A stretch of 64,000 bases of DNA, from IMG/VR virus record IMGVR_UViG_3300037852_000238. The stretch is one strand, 5' to 3'. Positions 44,836 to 54,684 of the stretch are shown here, piece after piece. A program made the translations under genes and the position numbers. Numbering within the stretch: the stretch's first letter is position 1; each line of letters starts with the position of its first letter. Below the pieces are notes generated by a model, which made no database searches, had not been told where the DNA came from, and saw nothing but the letters and a program-made list of their open reading frames with translations. The stretch comes from a virus (Duplodnaviria > Heunggongvirae > Uroviricota > Caudoviricetes).

Positions 44836-46821
44836 TTACCTTACGCTATTCCGGGCGTGAAGTAAATCGACTCCGAGGTCTTCGGCGAGGTGCACGGTCT
44901 CCTCGCAATAGCGCAAGTAATCGATGTCTGGCGGCAGCTCATTGGTGATTTCAAGGAGGGGGCGGCTCCCCTCCGTCTTGGCCACGCGGCGCTTACCGTC
45001 GAGGATCGGCGCGCCGTCAGTTGAATAATAGTAGCGCACGGCGCGGCCCAGCGGGTGTCCACGCCAGGTGCCACCGCCGCCAACCTTTATCACCGTGACG
45101 AACGCGCGCGGGTCGCGGCAACCGCGAATCGTGTCCTCCAGCGGTGCGCCATCTTTGACATAACGGAGGATGGCCTCACTGCACACCGTCATCTGAGGAT
45201 TCTTCATCATCTGCCCGCGTAGGTCGCCCTCGGTCCAGGGGTCCGAGATCCATCCCTTGCGCTTGACCTTGCCGTCCTCGCGCAGTGCGAGGTACGTGTT
45301 GACCGAGCTGTTGTAGATCGCGCGGTAGGAGGTTTCCTCGACCGCGAAGCCGGTTTCCGTTTCCCAGCCGCGCAAAAGGGCGGATAATTCATCCGCTTTG
45401 TTGCGCGAGCAATAAAATAACACCCCATCCGTATTAGCCGACACCACCGGCACCCCGGCCGCCTCGGCGCGCTCGATCAGCATCAAAATTGATAATTGAC
45501 CTGTCAAAGTTGTCGAAATCAGCAGGTGTGGAGCGTAAAGCGGCGAGTATTGCGACCCGAGCTTCCCGTACACCCCATTGAGTGCGATGCGTCCACCGTC
45601 GGCGCGGACCTTGTCGCCGGCCGCCTTGGCCGCCAGGCGCTCCTTGATCAACTTACCGTAGATATCCAGGAACGCTGGGCCGAGGGCCTTGGGGTAGAGC
45701 CCGAGCTTCACGATGATATTAGGGTACTGTGACGCGACGTCGCAATCTATCAACTGATGCTCGGCGTCGGAACGCAGCGCGCGGTGGGCCTCAGTTGAGT
45801 GCAGGCCACCGATGCCGAGCGTGTACGTCGCGGCGCCGATCCGCACGCTAAAGCCCTTCAGCGCCGCGGCCTCGATCTTGCCGAAGGCATTGACGTAGAA
45901 ATCGGTCGCGGTGAAGCGCTCCAATACCGCGACCAGGCGCGGGTCCTCGAACCGAATAAACGGCGGCGCGGTGTAGCGGAAGCCGGCGCGCTCCGGCCCA
46001 GGCTTCTCGACGCGGCGGCCGAGCGCCGCCTCCGCGCGCTTCTTGACGATCGCTTCGCCGATCTGCGCGTCGCTCTTAGAGCGCAGGTCGATCCGGTACT
46101 CGCGCGATAAGGCGATTCGAAGCTCGATCGGCTCGCGCAGCGCGGCGTATAGCCCCTCCGTCGCGTCGAGGTCGTTAAAGCAGTACAGCGTCGCGAAATT
46201 CATCTGTTCGCGAGTGAGCCAGGTGTCTTCCGGGTAGGGCAGGTCCACCATGAACCGGCCATGGAGCCGGCCATGAAGCATCTTCAGCCCTTGTCGCACC
46301 GAGGGATTGGGCTCGATCAGGTCGATATGGTTGTACCGCGGCAGCCGTAGGCCTAGTTCCTTTTCGACAGTCCAGGGCTTCATATCGTGTTTAACGATCT
46401 GATCGCTGGCGGCCTTGAGCCGCGCGTTATCGGCGCTGGCCAGCGCGAGCGCGAGAATCGGCATGTCGTAGGCCAGCCCGTTGAACGAGATCAGCAGGTT
46501 GCTCTGGAGGACGGCCTGCAGTCCCGCGCGGTCGAGTCGGGAGCGCTCGCTCAGCTCGAAAGCTAGTCGCTTGCCGTCTTCGAATCGCTTGAAACAGACG
46601 ACGAAAAAATTGCGGAAGACTTCAACATCGATCCCGACGGCAGAGCGCGAGTCGTGGTTCCAAGCAGCCTCGTCGAAGACGAGCCGTTCTTCGCCTGCGG
46701 CTCGTAACAGCTCGGCGTGATGCGCGCGGAAAGGGTCGTGGAAGCCCTGGCGCGCGGCCGGAGGTGGCGGAGGTGCACTCCACCGCGGCGAAAACAGGCC
46801 GAGCTGTAGAGCGTTGGTCAT
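44836..46821 (-). CDS. family B DNA polymerase
   Basis: Motif A DVASQYPNII (DxxSLYPSII), motif B ALNGVYGKLGS (KxxxNSxYG), motif C SANTDGV (YGDTDS-like). Confidence 0.75.
   Translation of the reverse strand: MTNALQLGLFSPRWSAPPPPPAARQGFHDPFRAHHAELLRAAGEERLVFDEAAWNHDSRSAVGIDVEVFRNFFVVCFKRFEDGKRLAFELSERSRLDRAGLQAVLQSNLLISFNGLAYDMPILALALASADNARLKAASDQIVKHDMKPWTVEKELGLRLPRYNHIDLIEPNPSVRQGLKMLHGRLHGRFMVDLPYPEDTWLTREQMNFATLYCFNDLDATEGLYAALREPIELRIALSREYRIDLRSKSDAQIGEAIVKKRAEAALGRRVEKPGPERAGFRYTAPPFIRFEDPRLVAVLERFTATDFYVNAFGKIEAAALKGFSVRIGAATYTLGIGGLHSTEAHRALRSDAEHQLIDCDVASQYPNIIVKLGLYPKALGPAFLDIYGKLIKERLAAKAAGDKVRADGGRIALNGVYGKLGSQYSPLYAPHLLISTTLTGQLSILMLIERAEAAGVPVVSANTDGVLFYCSRNKADELSALLRGWETETGFAVEETSYRAIYNSSVNTYLALREDGKVKRKGWISDPWTEGDLRGQMMKNPQMTVCSEAILRYVKDGAPLEDTIRGCRDPRAFVTVIKVGGGGTWRGHPLGRAVRYYYSTDGAPILDGKRRVAKTEGSRPLLEITNELPPDIDYLRYCEETVHLAEDLGVDLLHARNSVR
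44837..44870 (-). promoter_or_regulatory. degenerate copy 5 of 34-nt two-box motif (TACCTTACGCTA-N13-GTAAATCGA)
   Basis: Same spacing and orientation; directly 5' of dCTP-deaminase-like gene. Confidence 0.4.
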
Positions 46822-47372
46822 GACCGCCAACGCCGCTCCGGCGCGGCGAAAGTCGGGGTCGCCTCGTGGCCCCAACTTTCCCACCCCGGCCGCTGCTGTC
46901 GCGCAAAGAGTTCTAGGTACGGCCCCGCGAGCAAGGACTCGATCCGCTCGTACGCCTCCTCGGGCTTACGCGAGTGCTCTCGGCGTGGGGCCGTAATCAA
47001 CTTGCGAACCGAAGCCGAGCGCCGGCGCGGGTTGCCGCGCGTCGCCAGCAAGCACGGCTCCGGGTTCGTCCGGGTCCAGTGCCCCAGCCCCATAAACGGC
47101 GAGCCGTCGCGGTTTGTTTTCACCCAATAGAAGCCGACGGTCTTATAGGTAAACCCCCAGGCCGTGATCACATCGAACGCGACGTGAAGCATCGGGTCTA
47201 TCGCCCAGAGTAGAAGCACGCAATCGGGCGCCGCGCGCTCGGCTACCTGGAGGGCCTTTATATCGTCGAGCGACATAGTGTCGTACCACGCGTCGGCGCA
47301 GCGCCCGCGGCCGCGCGCGGACCACGTGCGGAAGTGCCAGGGCGGATCGGCGTAGATTACTGCCGCGGTCAT
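46818..47372 (-). CDS. MT-A70-family DNA N6-adenine methyltransferase
   Basis: IYADPPW motif; 184 aa. Confidence 0.85.
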   Translation of the reverse strand: MTAAVIYADPPWHFRTWSARGRGRCADAWYDTMSLDDIKALQVAERAAPDCVLLLWAIDPMLHVAFDVITAWGFTYKTVGFYWVKTNRDGSPFMGLGHWTRTNPEPCLLATRGNPRRRSASVRKLITAPRREHSRKPEEAYERIESLLAGPYLELFARQQRPGWESWGHEATPTFAAPERRWRS

Positions 47373-47830
47373 TCCGGCCGCAGATCCTGCGCCGGGTCGA
47401 ACCCACGGGGGTTATCTTGGCCGTTGGATGTCCGCGGCTGGGCCGGCCGCGCGACAATACCCTGCTGCATCATGTAGGCTTCGACCAGGAGCAAGTATCG
47501 CCGCAAGTCGCGTATCTCAGCCAATACCGTGCCGTCCTCGCCGCCGGGACCTTCCTCGATCTTGGCGAAGATATCTTCGGCGGTGTAGCTGTTGCGGAGA
47601 TGTTGAATATCTTCCGGGGTACCTGAATCGACTTGAAAAGCTCGCGGCGCAGGCGGCCGGCTCAGCATCGCGATCATACGGTCCATCTTGCGGCGCAGCA
47701 TGAAGTACGCCGACCGGCCGCCGGCCGCCTTCCAGGAGCCGCCATAGGAGCGGTCCTTCACCTTTAGGTAACGTACGTCCTCGGCGGCGATCTCGCTGAG
47801 GCGATCGTGGTAGGCGAAATCTTCGGTCAT
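47369..47830 (-). CDS. DUF1599-like phage protein
   Basis: RSYGGSWKAAGGRSAYFMLRRKMDR block. Confidence 0.4.
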   Translation of the reverse strand: MTEDFAYHDRLSEIAAEDVRYLKVKDRSYGGSWKAAGGRSAYFMLRRKMDRMIAMLSRPPAPRAFQVDSGTPEDIQHLRNSYTAEDIFAKIEEGPGGEDGTVLAEIRDLRRYLLLVEAYMMQQGIVARPAQPRTSNGQDNPRGFDPAQDLRPE

Positions 47831-48237
47831 TTGAAATTCCCCTTCGCTTTTTCGATCAGAACTTCGCCGTCATCAACGTAGCCCGTAAGCCGTTCGGCGA
47901 GGTCGTCCCAGCTTTCGCCTGGCCGCTGGCCGTAGATCCGCTTGCCTTGTATCTGCGCCCACAAGATTTCGCGGGCGGTGGAGAAGCCGACGTAGCCATC
48001 CCCTAGTACCAGGATCGCGTCGCTGTTTTGTATTCTCTGAAAATATAGGAGATCCGCAAGTATTTTGTCGAGCCCGTCGTCAGACCAGTTCTCGTTGGGC
48101 TGGCGGTGCTGCGGCAGGACGGCGAGCGAGAAGCACAGGATGCCGCGGCGGGATAACTCCCTCTGGGCGTCGATGAAGGATTGTTCGAATTTGGTCGATC
48201 CGCAGAGGGTTATTATCATTGCCGGCACACCCGACAT
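47827..48237 (-). CDS. nucleoside 2-deoxyribosyltransferase-like (Rossmann) protein candidate
   Basis: MIITLCGSTKF…AILVLGDG pattern; weak. Confidence 0.35.
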   Translation of the reverse strand: MSGVPAMIITLCGSTKFEQSFIDAQRELSRRGILCFSLAVLPQHRQPNENWSDDGLDKILADLLYFQRIQNSDAILVLGDGYVGFSTAREILWAQIQGKRIYGQRPGESWDDLAERLTGYVDDGEVLIEKAKGNFK

Positions 48238-48932
48238 TGCATTTCGGAAATAGGGTCACGCGTATCGCGCGGCACCCAGCCAGTTTCAAATTTGGCGCGC
48301 AGGTCTTTGAGAGATGTCGGTTGCGTGTCGCGGCCTGGCGAGCGGAATGTGTATCCCGTTAGCGCCTCAAGTTCCTCGCCCCATAGGTAAGCGGTGAGAT
48401 TGTATTTCCACAACTCCCACCATTCGATCAGGCGCTGGAAAAAGCACAGCATACAGTCGGTGCGCTTCGGGATGATTATGCCGTGTTCATCGTTGAACCG
48501 GATAACGTCGGATTTGCACATCCCCGCGTCGCGCAGCGGAAATACCATCTCGACGTTCGGGACTTGCTGGTAGTCGCCGCCCTCCCGTTCCTCTTCGTCA
48601 GCACGTAGGCCAACGTAGAAGCGCGCCGGTGAGTGTTGAGAGAGGTAATCGGCGAACGGCTCGATCTTGAGGACGCGCGTACACCAGCGCTGCCGCCAGT
48701 TGGGCAGGGCTTTCCATTTCTTTATCAATCCGTCAAAACCGCCAGGGTACATGATCGGGATGATCGGCCCGAGCCTCGTGGCCAACTCCCGCATGTGGGC
48801 GAACCACTCAGGCGGCTCATTGCCTGTCGGCGTACAGATCCGCGTGAACTCAATTTTTGGATCCTGTTCGGCCAGCATAACGGCCATCGCCACACTGTCT
48901 TTACCGCCCGAAATAGCGACGATGTGGTTCAC
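48216..48932 (-). CDS. phosphoadenosine-phosphosulfate reductase-family (PP-loop ATP pyrophosphatase) protein
   Basis: VAISGGKDS PP-loop; GTG start overlapping upstream stop. Confidence 0.75.
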   Translation of the reverse strand: MNHIVAISGGKDSVAMAVMLAEQDPKIEFTRICTPTGNEPPEWFAHMRELATRLGPIIPIMYPGGFDGLIKKWKALPNWRQRWCTRVLKIEPFADYLSQHSPARFYVGLRADEEEREGGDYQQVPNVEMVFPLRDAGMCKSDVIRFNDEHGIIIPKRTDCMLCFFQRLIEWWELWKYNLTAYLWGEELEALTGYTFRSPGRDTQPTSLKDLRAKFETGWVPRDTRDPISEMQCRVCRQ

Positions 48933-49783
48933 GCCGTAGGCCTCCACCGCCGCCCCGTACCCTCGCCGGTACGGATGCGCTCGTATTTGTCCCATTCGCA
49001 AAGGTTGTGCTCGGTCTCTAGGAGGTTGGGAAGACCAGACGCTTGCTGGATTTCCCGGAGCGCGTCGCGGGCTTTCGGCGCCAGTCGCATATCCTCTTTG
49101 GTTGGCTGAAAACCGAGGGCTCCATATATCTTGTTGCGCCACTCGCTGCCGGTGCGGTCGCTCCAGTGGTCGCTCTTTACGTATTTTTCCTGAAGGCGAC
49201 TGATCCCTCGAATAGCACCCAGGCCGAGCATGCACCGTTCTTGCTCGTCTTCATAAGGGCCGTAGAGCCAGCGGAGATCCTGCGCGGTTTGGTAGGCAAC
49301 GAAGGCGCCGACGCCGAGCCAGCCGCGGATGGATTGGCAAGTCAACTCGGCTCTCTCTCGCCTTTGGAAGTCGTTCCGACGCGCCGCTTTGTTAGCTCTT
49401 ACGATCACGTCGGCTATACCCGGAAGGTAGAACAGGCCGCCTTTGACCGAGATCTTGTAGGCCAGCGAGTTGATCGCGGGCTCGGGCAACGCCTTCAACA
49501 CCTCGTCGCGCGTTTCGGGCCAGCCCGCAGCGGCCAGCGCTTCGAGTGACTCGACCCGATTATAGATGCGGAAGCCCAGGGCGGCGCTCAGACGGTATTG
49601 CTCCGGCAGGCCCAGGATTATCCTCTTAGCCTCCCGCGACGTACGGTCATCGTCTCGAATCACACAGCAGAACTTGTGCTTCTGTAATATCGGGTCGGTG
49701 GACCAGGGGACAGGCTCGCCGGCCTGACGGCGGTCGAAGATGGCTTGGCGCTCGCGGACGTAGGAGACGAATTGCTGGATCAC
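48929..49783 (-). CDS. paralog A of a phage protein family tentatively related to alpha-glutamyl/putrescinyl thymine pyrophosphorylase (aGPT-Pplase)
   Basis: Shares N-terminal block F..Y..ER.AIF.RR.AG.P.PW(S/T).D.IL.K..FC.V.R.DDR with gene 51078..51944; assignment from memory of thymidine-hypermodification clusters. Confidence 0.45.
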   Translation of the reverse strand: MIQQFVSYVRERQAIFDRRQAGEPVPWSTDPILQKHKFCCVIRDDDRTSREAKRIILGLPEQYRLSAALGFRIYNRVESLEALAAAGWPETRDEVLKALPEPAINSLAYKISVKGGLFYLPGIADVIVRANKAARRNDFQRRERAELTCQSIRGWLGVGAFVAYQTAQDLRWLYGPYEDEQERCMLGLGAIRGISRLQEKYVKSDHWSDRTGSEWRNKIYGALGFQPTKEDMRLAPKARDALREIQQASGLPNLLETEHNLCEWDKYERIRTGEGTGRRWRPTA

Positions 49784-50061
49784 AACGTTTGAACCTCCTC
49801 GATAATCTTACCGCAAGAGGAACAGGCGGTTCCTTTGAAACAATCGGCAAAACTTCCTGGACCGGCACGCTTGTCTACTCGATTATATTGGAAAGTTTGG
49901 CCGTGATCACAAAAGAACGGATGTTTGATTCGATAATCGGGCGTCTCTTTTGCAAAGTCCCAATCTTCCGGATGCCAGTTCTCTTTATCAAAAGAGCGGA
50001 CCGCGGGCACTGTAGCGTAGACCTCGTGGAAAAGGCCGTTTCGGGGAAGCCTCCATCTCAT
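49780..50061 (-). CDS. small Cys-rich (zinc-binding) protein
   Basis: 93 aa; CDH…C…CSSC; coupled on both sides. Confidence 0.45.
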   Translation of the reverse strand: MRWRLPRNGLFHEVYATVPAVRSFDKENWHPEDWDFAKETPDYRIKHPFFCDHGQTFQYNRVDKRAGPGSFADCFKGTACSSCGKIIEEVQTL

Positions 50062-51077
50062 AGCAATCTCTCCTCCGCCATCTCGCGCTTACGCCGAGCC
50101 TGCCATGTCACCTGCCGGCGCTGGAGCCACTCGGTCGCCGCGCGCCGCCAGTCCGTCGCTTCGCATTCGGAAATGATCTCCAGCGCGTTGACGTAAGCGT
50201 GCCGCTTGTGGGCTAAGTGCGCGAACCACATCGGCTTGGCAACGCGCGCGAACCAGCGGTTTACGAACCCGTACGCCCGCGGGTCTTCCAGGAACAAGGC
50301 CAAGTCTCGGTCCCAAGCGGCGGGATCGTCAACAACGGGGTAAGGGGTTACCTCACCCCGCGCGTAGGGGCAAGGTGCCGGGTCGGCGGAGGCTAGGGGG
50401 CGGAGCTTGTTGTACAGATCCAGGTACGCGTGCCAATTCGTCGAGACCTGGTAGTAGGTGCCGATCTCTAGGCCGAGCTGGGCGGCAACATACTCCTGGA
50501 GGAACGCGAAGTGCACTGCATTTGCGCCATAGGCGCCGAGGCAGATGTCATTCGACCGGCAGTTGACCTGCATCTGTAGCCGGCCCGCGAGGTTCCAGAA
50601 GATTGCCTGTTGATTACAGGGCACATCTTTTAACGCCTCATCTGTCCGCAGATCAGTTCGCGGGTCCCACATCTGGAGTATCGCGCGTCGACTCGCTACG
50701 TTCTGGCGTAACAACGTCACCACGCGTTCGATCTGGTCGAATTCAAATTGATGACGCCACCGGTAGCCGTAGGCCCCCTGCAACGTGACGCCGTCGTCGG
50801 AGAAATCCTTGAACCTTGGCAGAAACTGCTCCAAGAAGGCTAGGTCTTTCCGACCAGCAAGCATGTGTAGCGCTTCAAACAGATGGAAAAACGGGTTAGC
50901 GTCGCGCAACGACTCGAACAGCACGCGCTCCGCCGGCCGCGAATAGACCGTCGTCACCGGCTCAGGAAGTACGATTACGTCCCCGGCGCGCGAGGGCGAG
51001 GGCTGGCCGCGGGCGGCGAGCTCGTTTAGGGCGAGGGGGAGGGCTTGATTTACGTTCCGGCAGCGGATTACGAACAA
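50058..51077 (-). CDS. thymidylate synthase-family pyrimidine hydroxymethylase (dUMP hydroxymethylase-like)
   Basis: PCNQQAIFW (ThyA PCHxxxQF nucleophile) and RSNDICLGAYGANAVHF (ThyA RSxDxxLGxPFNIAS); 339 aa with non-canonical N- and C-terminal regions. Confidence 0.7.
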   Translation of the reverse strand: MFVIRCRNVNQALPLALNELAARGQPSPSRAGDVIVLPEPVTTVYSRPAERVLFESLRDANPFFHLFEALHMLAGRKDLAFLEQFLPRFKDFSDDGVTLQGAYGYRWRHQFEFDQIERVVTLLRQNVASRRAILQMWDPRTDLRTDEALKDVPCNQQAIFWNLAGRLQMQVNCRSNDICLGAYGANAVHFAFLQEYVAAQLGLEIGTYYQVSTNWHAYLDLYNKLRPLASADPAPCPYARGEVTPYPVVDDPAAWDRDLALFLEDPRAYGFVNRWFARVAKPMWFAHLAHKRHAYVNALEIISECEATDWRRAATEWLQRRQVTWQARRKREMAEERLL

Positions 51078-51944
51078 CTAAACCTCCCTAGGACGGTATA
51101 GGGCGCGGGGGCGGCCTTCGCCGTTTTGAACACGCAAGTACTTTTCCACCTCACACATCACGTTCCCAGAATCCAGCCAGTCAAAATTTACTTGGCTCTC
51201 TTTAATTAGTAAAGGGTAAACCTCTCGTAACTCCTCTAAAGCTTGCTTTTGACTTAACGGTCGTTTGACTGGACGCTCGTGAAGCCGATTTAATCCACGG
51301 AGCGTCCCTGGACCCGAGGCGAACCAGGTGTTACGGTCTGGTGCGTCGGCGAGTATCGGAGTAAACGCCATGTCGATAATCGCTTGAAAAGCCATAAACG
51401 GACCCCAACCGCAATAAAGCATCAAGGCGGCATGTGCCTTTTGTAATGATTCAGTGAAACTTAACGAAAGAAACTGGCGATCCCTCCACAATCGGCCGAG
51501 GACGATTTCCGCGATATAGCGCGCCTTAGACCAAACGAACCACGGTACACGTTTGTCGCTTTCCGCCCTAATCATGTAGGCACCAGTGTGCCATTTCTCG
51601 CCGCGCTTTGATATCGCCTCGATTACCTCCGTCACAGCCTCCGGCCGAAAGCGCCGAACCGTTGGCCAAGCGCGCGCGTCGATCAACGCTTGGAGCGTCG
51701 TCGGCCAGTTGATCTGCCGCGCCGCGCAACACATCCACCAGAGGTGCGGGTGGTCAGCATAGGGCTCGCGGATGTTGGCCTTAATCCACCGCGTCACGCG
51801 GTCGTCCTCACGGCGAACATTGCAGAAAGAGTACTTCCGCAAGATTAGGTCGTCGGTCCATGGCCAGAGGTCGTGATTTACCTCTTTGCTGATACGGATG
51901 GCTTCGCGCTCCTTGATCCAGTAGATGAATGGATCGAGGTTCAC
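51078..51944 (-). CDS. paralog B of the aGPT-Pplase-like family
   Basis: Same N-terminal block as 48929..49783. Confidence 0.45.
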   Translation of the reverse strand: MNLDPFIYWIKEREAIRISKEVNHDLWPWTDDLILRKYSFCNVRREDDRVTRWIKANIREPYADHPHLWWMCCAARQINWPTTLQALIDARAWPTVRRFRPEAVTEVIEAISKRGEKWHTGAYMIRAESDKRVPWFVWSKARYIAEIVLGRLWRDRQFLSLSFTESLQKAHAALMLYCGWGPFMAFQAIIDMAFTPILADAPDRNTWFASGPGTLRGLNRLHERPVKRPLSQKQALEELREVYPLLIKESQVNFDWLDSGNVMCEVEKYLRVQNGEGRPRALYRPREV

Positions 51945-52390
51945 GACCGCCTCATAACAACACCGAGAGCGTGAAGCGGATAAACGCTTAAACCGAACCC
52001 AAATAGCGCCGAGCCGTGACTAGCGGCCTCCTGTCGTCGATTCTCTCGCAAAACTCCGAAACGCAATCGGGCATTAATGAAAAGAACATCGTCACAATCC
52101 GCAAGAGCGCGCTGGAAGATCCGCGTCTCAGTGCCGGCTGGGATTAGGAGAATGACCCTCCGTTGGCGACCTTCGGTTATACACCTCTCTACCCATCGCT
52201 CCCGCGCCTTAGCGTAAGGAGGGTTGACGAACACCGTCTCAGCGTTCCAGGGGAGGGTCGCGCCGTCCTCGGGCGGCGTATAGAATCGCTCGGCGCCCGT
52301 CGGATTGTCCGGCTCCGTACAAGGATCGAGCCCGATCTGACCGCCAAAGAGCGCGCGGACTGGCTCTAAGACGTAAGCGGGCGTCAACAT
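51941..52390 (-). CDS. phage-type DNA N6-adenine methyltransferase (Dam-like, NPPY)
   Basis: VFVNPPYAKA motif IV; internal ATG start chosen. Confidence 0.65.
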   Translation of the reverse strand: MLTPAYVLEPVRALFGGQIGLDPCTEPDNPTGAERFYTPPEDGATLPWNAETVFVNPPYAKARERWVERCITEGRQRRVILLIPAGTETRIFQRALADCDDVLFINARLRFGVLRENRRQEAASHGSALFGFGLSVYPLHALGVVMRRS

Positions 52391-52452
52391 CGCTTGACGA
52401 ACGTGCGACTCTGGTCGGTAGCGCTTCCCGTTGTCAAAGCGATGAGAGGCGA

Positions 52453-53007
52453 TCACCCCATCACCTCCCGCAGTATCTCCACCGCGTGATCGCCGGGCAG
52501 CGTCAAGACCCGCTCCCCCGCCGCGGCGGCCTTTCGCCGGGTTGCGTCGATCGATTTCACCTTGTCCGCGACGAGCTGCTCCTTGATCGTTTTCCCGCCG
52601 TTCCGGGCCTGTATGCGCGCCAGGCAAACCGCGAGCGGCGTGTCGAGGTACGCCCACAGATAATCCTGGCCGGCGGTGCGGAGCTCCTCGGACAGGGTCA
52701 GGTAGCCCGAAAAGAGAGTCGAGATGATGACGCCCTCGAACAGGACGTGGCGCGCGCGGCGGGCGGCAAGGCGGACGGACTCTTTGACGAGAGCTTGAGT
52801 TGGGATCGCGTCGCAGCCGCCACAGGGGGTGCGGTAGGGGCCGATCACGATTAGGTCCCCGGCCTCATAGCCCATGACGGAGCGCGGGGCGCCTTTCGCC
52901 GTGGTGTAGGGGGCCAGGGCGATCTCGCACGTCCCCGGCGTGGCTAGGAAGGCTCGGGCGATTGCGCTCTTGCCGCTGCCGTTGCATCCTCTGATATTTA
53001 CAATCAT
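52453..53007 (-). CDS. P-loop nucleotide/DNA kinase (5-hmdU DNA kinase-like candidate)
   Basis: Walker A IRGCNGSGKS; paralogous to next gene. Confidence 0.55.
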   Translation of the reverse strand: MIVNIRGCNGSGKSAIARAFLATPGTCEIALAPYTTAKGAPRSVMGYEAGDLIVIGPYRTPCGGCDAIPTQALVKESVRLAARRARHVLFEGVIISTLFSGYLTLSEELRTAGQDYLWAYLDTPLAVCLARIQARNGGKTIKEQLVADKVKSIDATRRKAAAAGERVLTLPGDHAVEILREVMG

Positions 53008-53579
53008 GGTGCCGACACCCATTCCACGATCCGCGCGACGGCGTCCTCGGCGGACATTCGCTTGACCCATAAGCCGCGATCACCAAAATGACGAACCTGG
53101 CGCAAGCCGCGACCGTAATGGTCCTGAATGCTATCTAGCGTCGCTGGGCTCAGCGGGCGCGGGTCATTAACCGCGGCACGGCGAGCAAGCATGTTAGTTT
53201 GGCTCTGCTCGATCGACGTGTTGAGAATCACGAACCGATAAACGGTCCGCGGTGCGAAATTGGAGCACCCGAGATCAACCCAGCGCTGGTGAGCCCCGTG
53301 AACCCGAATGCCCTCGAACAGTACATGCTTACCGGCGGAGTGCTGCCGCTTCACGATCTCGATAACTTGATCCATATCCTTAAACGTGTCACAGCCGCCC
53401 GTGTTGGCCTCATCGTATTTGCCGATCAGGAAAGTTGGCGCAGGCGCCGCGAGGTCGTAGCCCTCGATTTTCTTGCCGTCGGTCCACATGACGGGCGGTC
53501 CAGCCGGGAAGCGCGCTAGCGCCTGGCGCATGACCCAGCTTTTGCCGCTGGCGTTTCCGCCGCGAACGTTGATTATCAC
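53004..53579 (-). CDS. P-loop nucleotide/DNA kinase paralog
   Basis: Walker A VRGGNASGKS. Confidence 0.55.
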   Translation of the reverse strand: MIINVRGGNASGKSWVMRQALARFPAGPPVMWTDGKKIEGYDLAAPAPTFLIGKYDEANTGGCDTFKDMDQVIEIVKRQHSAGKHVLFEGIRVHGAHQRWVDLGCSNFAPRTVYRFVILNTSIEQSQTNMLARRAAVNDPRPLSPATLDSIQDHYGRGLRQVRHFGDRGLWVKRMSAEDAVARIVEWVSAP

Positions 53580-54370
53580 GCCACGTTCTCCGGTAGACAG
53601 CGCTCTAGCCGCTCGGCGAGCGGCCCCCAGCCGGCGAGTCCGTGGCGAATTTCACGGATGTCTTTACCGATGGAGTAATGGCCGCCGAGAGATGACAACC
53701 ACTTACAACACACGGTTTCGGTTTCCTGTGAACCACACGGACGATCGTAACGCGGTGGCGCCTTGAACCCAGAGAAATGCTGAAGCATATGCTCGTAGGC
53801 CCCCGGCGGCAGCCTTCCCAGCGCGGCCCGCGGCGACTCATACATCATCGGGATCGACGGCGAGAACGAGACCCTCGCGCCATAGACCCGCTCCATTACG
53901 TCGGCAATCTTGAACGCGATCCACGGGCCGAACATCGGCCAGCGGACAACCGCGGCTATGAGATCGTCGGCGTTATCTATCCGCGCCAAATCTCGAACGC
54001 GCTCCTCGGCCGAGATTACTGAGAGCCAATTAATTGCCTCGACGCACTTTTGCCCGCGAAAGTGCCGACGTTCGGTTGCCCGAGGCCAGCGTGAGCCGAG
54101 CGGCGAAGGCGTTTGGTTCTCCGCCGCGTGACTCATCCATTGCCAATAATCCGGCCCCTCGTGCTCCGACAACCAGGCGCTCGCGCCTAGGTGATAATAG
54201 CAGAAATAGGTAAGCAACAGCCGACAGAGCTGCGGCTCGGGGATCTGCGCGCCAGCCACCGCGATATAGACCGGGTCTAGGTCGCCGGTGGTAATGAGGC
54301 GCTCGCCGAACGCAATACAGGCGTCGAGGGCGTCGTCCTGTTCGAAGCCGATGGTTTGAAGATCGATCAA
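53576..54370 (-). CDS. hypothetical protein in modification cluster (264 aa)
   Basis: Protein-like ORF. Confidence 0.45.
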   Translation of the reverse strand: MIDLQTIGFEQDDALDACIAFGERLITTGDLDPVYIAVAGAQIPEPQLCRLLLTYFCYYHLGASAWLSEHEGPDYWQWMSHAAENQTPSPLGSRWPRATERRHFRGQKCVEAINWLSVISAEERVRDLARIDNADDLIAAVVRWPMFGPWIAFKIADVMERVYGARVSFSPSIPMMYESPRAALGRLPPGAYEHMLQHFSGFKAPPRYDRPCGSQETETVCCKWLSSLGGHYSIGKDIREIRHGLAGWGPLAERLERCLPENVA

Positions 54371-54684
54371 TTCAGGTGACTCCGGCGGAACGCCTCGAAT
54401 ATCAAGACATCCGAGTAAAAGTTGTCGGCGGTCTTCTTTTTGAAATTCCCTCTCATCATCTTGGGATATGCCTTATCTAAAGCCATCCCCACGGACATCA
54501 ACACCACCAGGCGGTCTCTATGCGAGAGGCCGGCGACGTACTCCTGGGCGTCCTTCAAAGCGCGTGGGTCGACGAGCAGCTCGGTGTCACGAAATCGTAT
54601 CTTGATGCCTTGAGACCGTAGTTGCTCCATCAACTCCGGCAGCTCGGCCTCCGGGATGGCCGGGTCGTGACGGATGTCTGACAT
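54367..54684 (-). CDS. hypothetical protein (105 aa)
   Basis: Internal ATG MSDIRHDP; TGATG overlap with radical SAM stop. Confidence 0.35.
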   Translation of the reverse strand: MSDIRHDPAIPEAELPELMEQLRSQGIKIRFRDTELLVDPRALKDAQEYVAGLSHRDRLVVLMSVGMALDKAYPKMMRGNFKKKTADNFYSDVLIFEAFRRSHLN

